55,827 bases of DNA, from positions 1 to 55,827 of the forward strand of contig NW_021833738.1 of the NCBI RefSeq assembly GCF_006345805.1, read 5' to 3'. The position numbers were made by a program, and so were the translations under genes. Below the pieces are notes generated by a model. The model was given only the letters and a program-made list of their open reading frames with translations, was not told where the DNA came from and searched no databases. The stretch is from Octopus sinensis. Taxonomy: Eukaryota. Below, piece after piece: positions 51,521 through 55,827 of this stretch; position 1 is the stretch's first letter, and every line of letters begins with the position of its first letter.

Positions 51521-52019
51521 GTAATCAAAATGTTATGGTTTTCATGACACCGTGGAATGATTGACCATACTCAGTATGCTCGCTCGCTAATCACACTTGA
51601 GAAAGATTTTGATAAGATCCTGCTCTCCAAATCTCAGTTTTCTATGGAGCCAAGAAAAGCATCGTAGCGTAGTTACAAATGCCAATTGTATAAGGATCTT
51701 GGAGCCAATTAAAAAGGAAATATTACGGGGTACGATAAAAATGCTTGCCATATGTTATGGAGGTAGTGATGTGGCGGTATGAAATCAAAGATGGCCATTT
51801 TTCTTCTAACGCTGACTTAAGCTGCTCAATCTGTATGCAGTAGATCTCCTTTGTTAACGTTTCCTTTGCGTTTACACGTTCAAATTGGGATAAACATTCC
51901 CACTAAACAGGTAACAGCACCTTACGTGGTTGAAGACCTTTTTTTAGCCTGGGGTGCCGGTGTTTCTCCTTTCCCTACCCATTGTCTCCTTCACCTGTCG
52001 TCAACCTGTCGTCACCTAT

Positions 52020-52590
52020 CGTACGATTAGATTCCGAAAGTTTGTAAGGAATATATCGAACCAATTTTCTGACATTTTGATGGCACACAGGTGTCGATGA
52101 ATGGTTGAATAACGAAATCCAAGCTTCTCTTCTAGTTATTCACTTACGATGGGATTTTGTTCCACCAGGGTTTGCGAGACAGCGTCGTCGTGCTCTACAA
52201 ATATTGCAGGACGAGGCTCGTCTTCTAGGTTGTAGTTTCCAGCTCGGAATTTTGGTAATCATCGTTGGCGTTGGTTTACCCTTATTGTCCGTGCCCCATA
52301 TACTGCATTAATATTCCTCGTACTCTCCATTGCATTGTTGCCTTTATTGAACTCATAAAGTAAAATATGGCGAATGTGCTCCAAATATGCCGAATGTGCA
52401 CTTCCAACATAGCTTTGAAAAAATAGCTGTTAAAATTTAACTGCACTCTTCAAAACTTGCAATAAGAATAAGTCCAAGGTAAAATTACAGCCTGCTTTTA
52501 TAGCAAGTTGATGCAGATAGTTTATTCTGTCTCCCACTGACTTTTATTTCATGCAATTTCAAAAAACCGCATTATTTATGGGATGACCCA
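52020..52590 (-). mobile_element. Mariner transposon 5' half with one TIR
   Basis: Minus strand EHIRHILLYEFNKGNNA..NINAVYG..KFRAGNYNLEDEPR..STIHRHL..IPYKLSE. End TA|TTGGGTCATCCC..GCGGTTTTT. Confidence 0.85.
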
Positions 52591-52963
52591 ATATATTGGT
52601 GCTGACATTTTTGTAACTATTTTTCTAATGATCAACTTTTGATGAGGTGGTTTTAGCCCGATTAAAGCTACTTTGCTATCATAAATATACATTTCAATGA
52701 ATTTGGGATTCATCACTTGTATCCAATCTTATTTTATACTCCAGCATACAGGTAATCTATATTGCCTATCTACGAATTCTTTTTGCTTCCAATTGTAATT
52801 TCTTATGTGCATGCCGGCAAGTTGCTTTCATTGTTCACATATGTGATGGCGATATAAACCTCAAACGTCTCATTATGATTAAGGAATTAAGGCTGTTTCT
52901 CGATTCTGCCACAAATTTCTATATGCATTTCTTTTTTACTTTGACTGAGTATGATAAAATTCA

Positions 52964-53277
52964 GTGGCGGCGCTATGGCCCAGTGATTAGGGCAGAGGAC
53001 TCGCGGACGGATGATCACGGTTTCGATTCGCAGACCGGGCCTTGTGTGTGTTTTTGAGCGAAAACACCTAAAGGTCCACAAGGCTCCGACAGGGGGTGTT
53101 GGTGACCCTTGTTGTACTCTTTCGCCCCAACTTTCCCTCACTCTTTATTCCTGTTTCTTGAGTAACGCTGCGATGGACAGGCGTCCTGTCCAGCTGGTGA
53201 GAACACACGCCATAGAAACCGGGAAACCCGGCGCATGAGCCTGGCTAGGCTTGAAAAGGGCGCATAAATAAATAAAA
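52964..53277 (+). mobile_element. SINE family D (V-domain-like), full length, 13-bp TSD
   Basis: TSD ATGATAAAATTCA at 52951-52963 and 53278-53290. A-box TGGCCCAGTG, B-box GTTTCGATTC, V-like CTGCGATGGACAGGCGTCCTGTCCAG and an A-rich tail. Confidence 0.88.
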
Positions 53278-53538
53278 ATGATAAAATTCAAGTGTTTCTA
53301 AGTGGTTTCTCAGCTTGCAAGCCAAGTGTTTGTAGATGCACATAGTAAAAATGTAAAATAACAAAAAAGCAAAAACAAAAAGCAAAAACGAGAAAATAAA
53401 ACTGAAAGAGACGGATATCGAGAAGATTAGACAAGAGGGTCATAACATGTTCCGTGACACAAGAATATCTCTGGTATCATATAGAAGGAAGTATCAATCT
53501 AAATATTAGTATAGTAAAATTTATGAAAATATTTGCAG

Positions 53539-53611
53539 GATTGTGCAATGGGATCCGCGAGAATGCCAACATAACGTATCACGAAACCCAGTACTCAGAC
53601 GATATACTAAA
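53539..53611 (+). CDS. Weak candidate exon (two open frames: GLCNGIRENANITYHETQYSDDIL or IVQWDPRECQHNVSRNPVLRRYTK)
   Basis: atatttgcag| acceptor, AAA|GTAACT donor, complex unique sequence. Confidence 0.2.
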
Positions 53612-54028
53612 GTAACTGTACACATTCCTATACGTGATATATTTAACATAGCCCTCTGACAAGCAGGTAAAGAAAACAATTTAGTTGGATGATATTACGT
53701 TGTCGTCATAATAATGAATTCGCCACACACTATATATTTATCTGATAATTTATGCTCCATTTAATACTTGTGCATTTTCACATAGTACTAAGTATTCAGC
53801 ATTGTAACTGTGATTCACAATTTCAGATGAAAAGTTTGTTCATTGTTTGTATTGAAATGATAATATCTGAATGTTGAAAATGAATACCTTCAACGGGAAG
53901 AAAAGTAAATCCATTTAATAATAAAGTAAGGAAAAGAAATTATACTGGGAGGCTTCTATTATATCCTTATATCTTTGTATTTCAGAGAAAAATCTGTGGC
54001 TTGCACGAAATTGACTTATATGCATGTG

Positions 54029-54201
<173 letters not shown>

Positions 54202-54774
54202 CCATCTATTTATCTGGTTACGTACGCACATATATACAAACACACATACATACAAGCAAACGCATTTATATAATTTCAGGAATTCTATCCTTCTACTTCC
54301 ATATATGCACGCATGTGTCTTTATATTCATATAATACGTCAAGAGTATATTAAAACTACGTGAATAGAACCCTAAGGTCAGCAACATTTTACAGAGGTCA
54401 CCGACTACCAGAAATTCCTGAATCAACATTACCAATCCGTTTGAAGTCACGGAATATTCTTTTGATGTGTGATGGTTATTAAATTAACCCTTTTAAATTC
54501 TAACAGCTGGTTTAAGGGGAAATTATAAGAAACTCTCAGAAGTCTATGTAAGTCTACCGGCTCATACGGTAAATAACTTTGTAGAGATTATTGGTATACA
54601 AAGCAAAACGTATGCCTATGTATACATTTGAATGCAACCCTGGGAATATCTCTTATACTTGTTGTACCAAGAATTTATACAAGTATGTGGGTACGTGCAT
54701 GAGTGTGAGAATGCGTATGTATGTGTGTAGGTGTGAGCGTGTACTTCATAGTGATTTCATAAATATGTGTGTAT

Positions 54775-54825
<51 letters not shown>

Positions 54826-55236
54826 TGTAAATACGTACATCGTGTGGAAACTCATTTAAAAGTTTCTAGTTAACGTAAGTAGAAGATAATAAAATACATA
54901 AAAGCCGTACGAATATGCATGTTTGTGAGTCCATATATAAATATATGCAGATATAGTTGTGTGTGTGTGAGCGTGTGAGTATATATATACATATATATAT
55001 ATAATATATATATATATATTATTATATATATATCATATAATTATATGTGTTTGTGGTGTGTATAGGTACAAGTTAAAGTTATTTATATATGTATATAAAT
55101 ATCAATAATCTTAACTTCTATCTATACATATATATTAATAAAATAATATATATAAGTACATACATATATCTAAATATGTATACATGTACATATATAAATA
55201 AATATATTTATATGTGTATATGTACATACATACATA

Positions 55237-55286
<50 letters not shown>

Positions 55287-55400
55287 TATACACATATATT
55301 TGTGTGTTATATATGTATATCTGTGTGCATATAATTATATATATATATATGAAAAAACAATCAAAAAATAGAAATGCCTAAAATAATTTTATAGTGAACA

Positions 55401-55443
55401 TTTCAGTACCGGTTTCGGTCATTTTGAGACCTTTCAACTGTAA
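55401..55443 (-). ncRNA. Minimal hammerhead-like motif with non-canonical core
   Basis: Minus strand CAG-UUGAAA-GGUC-ucaaaau-GACC-GAAA-CCGGU-A-CUG. Stems I, II and palindromic III (ACCGGU) are present, but the core differs from CUGANGA. Confidence 0.4.
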
Positions 55444-55827
55444 CGATTAAATAATTAAATTTAGAAAATTAGAAGAAAAGTTTTTTTTAAAGAATATTTC
55501 TATAGTAGTGTTCAGATTTAAGTGGCATTCTGCCTTTCTCTGACTCCCTTGTTTGCACTTGTGTGTCGGATGTCGTTGTGAGTTCTTGGAAGGGTAGTAG
55601 AGGGACGAAGGCTGGTGGGGAAAGGGGGATGGGAGAATCTGGGAGTGCCCTGATGGTCGTATTTTGAATGGTCAGTAGCGGCTGGCAGTCTCAGTTCAAT
55701 TCAGGAGAATATTTATATTGACAGGCTTGTTTATAGAATTAGCGTAGGTGTTATATACTAAAAAACAATTATGACAAAGTTAAGGGTAAGGGGTGGAGCA
55801 GTAGAGAAGAATAAGAAGAAGAAGAAG

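Overview
This is AT-rich eukaryotic (animal) DNA packed with microsatellites and is mostly intronic or intergenic. The SINE families, microsatellite load and TE spectrum are those I recognise from octopus (coleoid cephalopod) genomes; this is an inference from recall, not a search. Almost all ORFs in the supplied track are translations of simple repeats. Recognisable content: (1) a 5'-truncated, frameshifted Penelope-like element (RT + GIY-YIG) at about 0.87-5.27 kb, and a more decayed one at 32.8-34.1 kb; (2) a CR1/L2-type LINE 3' fragment starting at YADD, and an R4/Dong-type RLE LINE 3' fragment inside an (AAT)n tract; (3) three mariner relics, a DD37D/maT fragment and its MITE; (4) two non-autonomous Helitrons; (5) many tRNA-derived SINEs of at least four families; (6) several long inverted repeats. 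The best candidate for an under-described system is a set of sequence-unrelated hammerhead-ribozyme motifs tied to Penelope-like or retrozyme-like repeats. One has an intact core, a palindromic stem III and a roughly 85-nt branched stem II. Also notable are a SINE/LINE shared 3' tail, SINE central microsatellites acting as insertion landing pads, a perfect Kozak ATG followed directly by a splice donor at 31.74 kb (+), and a phase-compatible chain of minus-strand exons ending in a Thr-rich mucin-like stalk, possibly an antisense nested gene. No rRNA, intact tRNA gene, CRISPR array or nameable protein-coding gene is supported.
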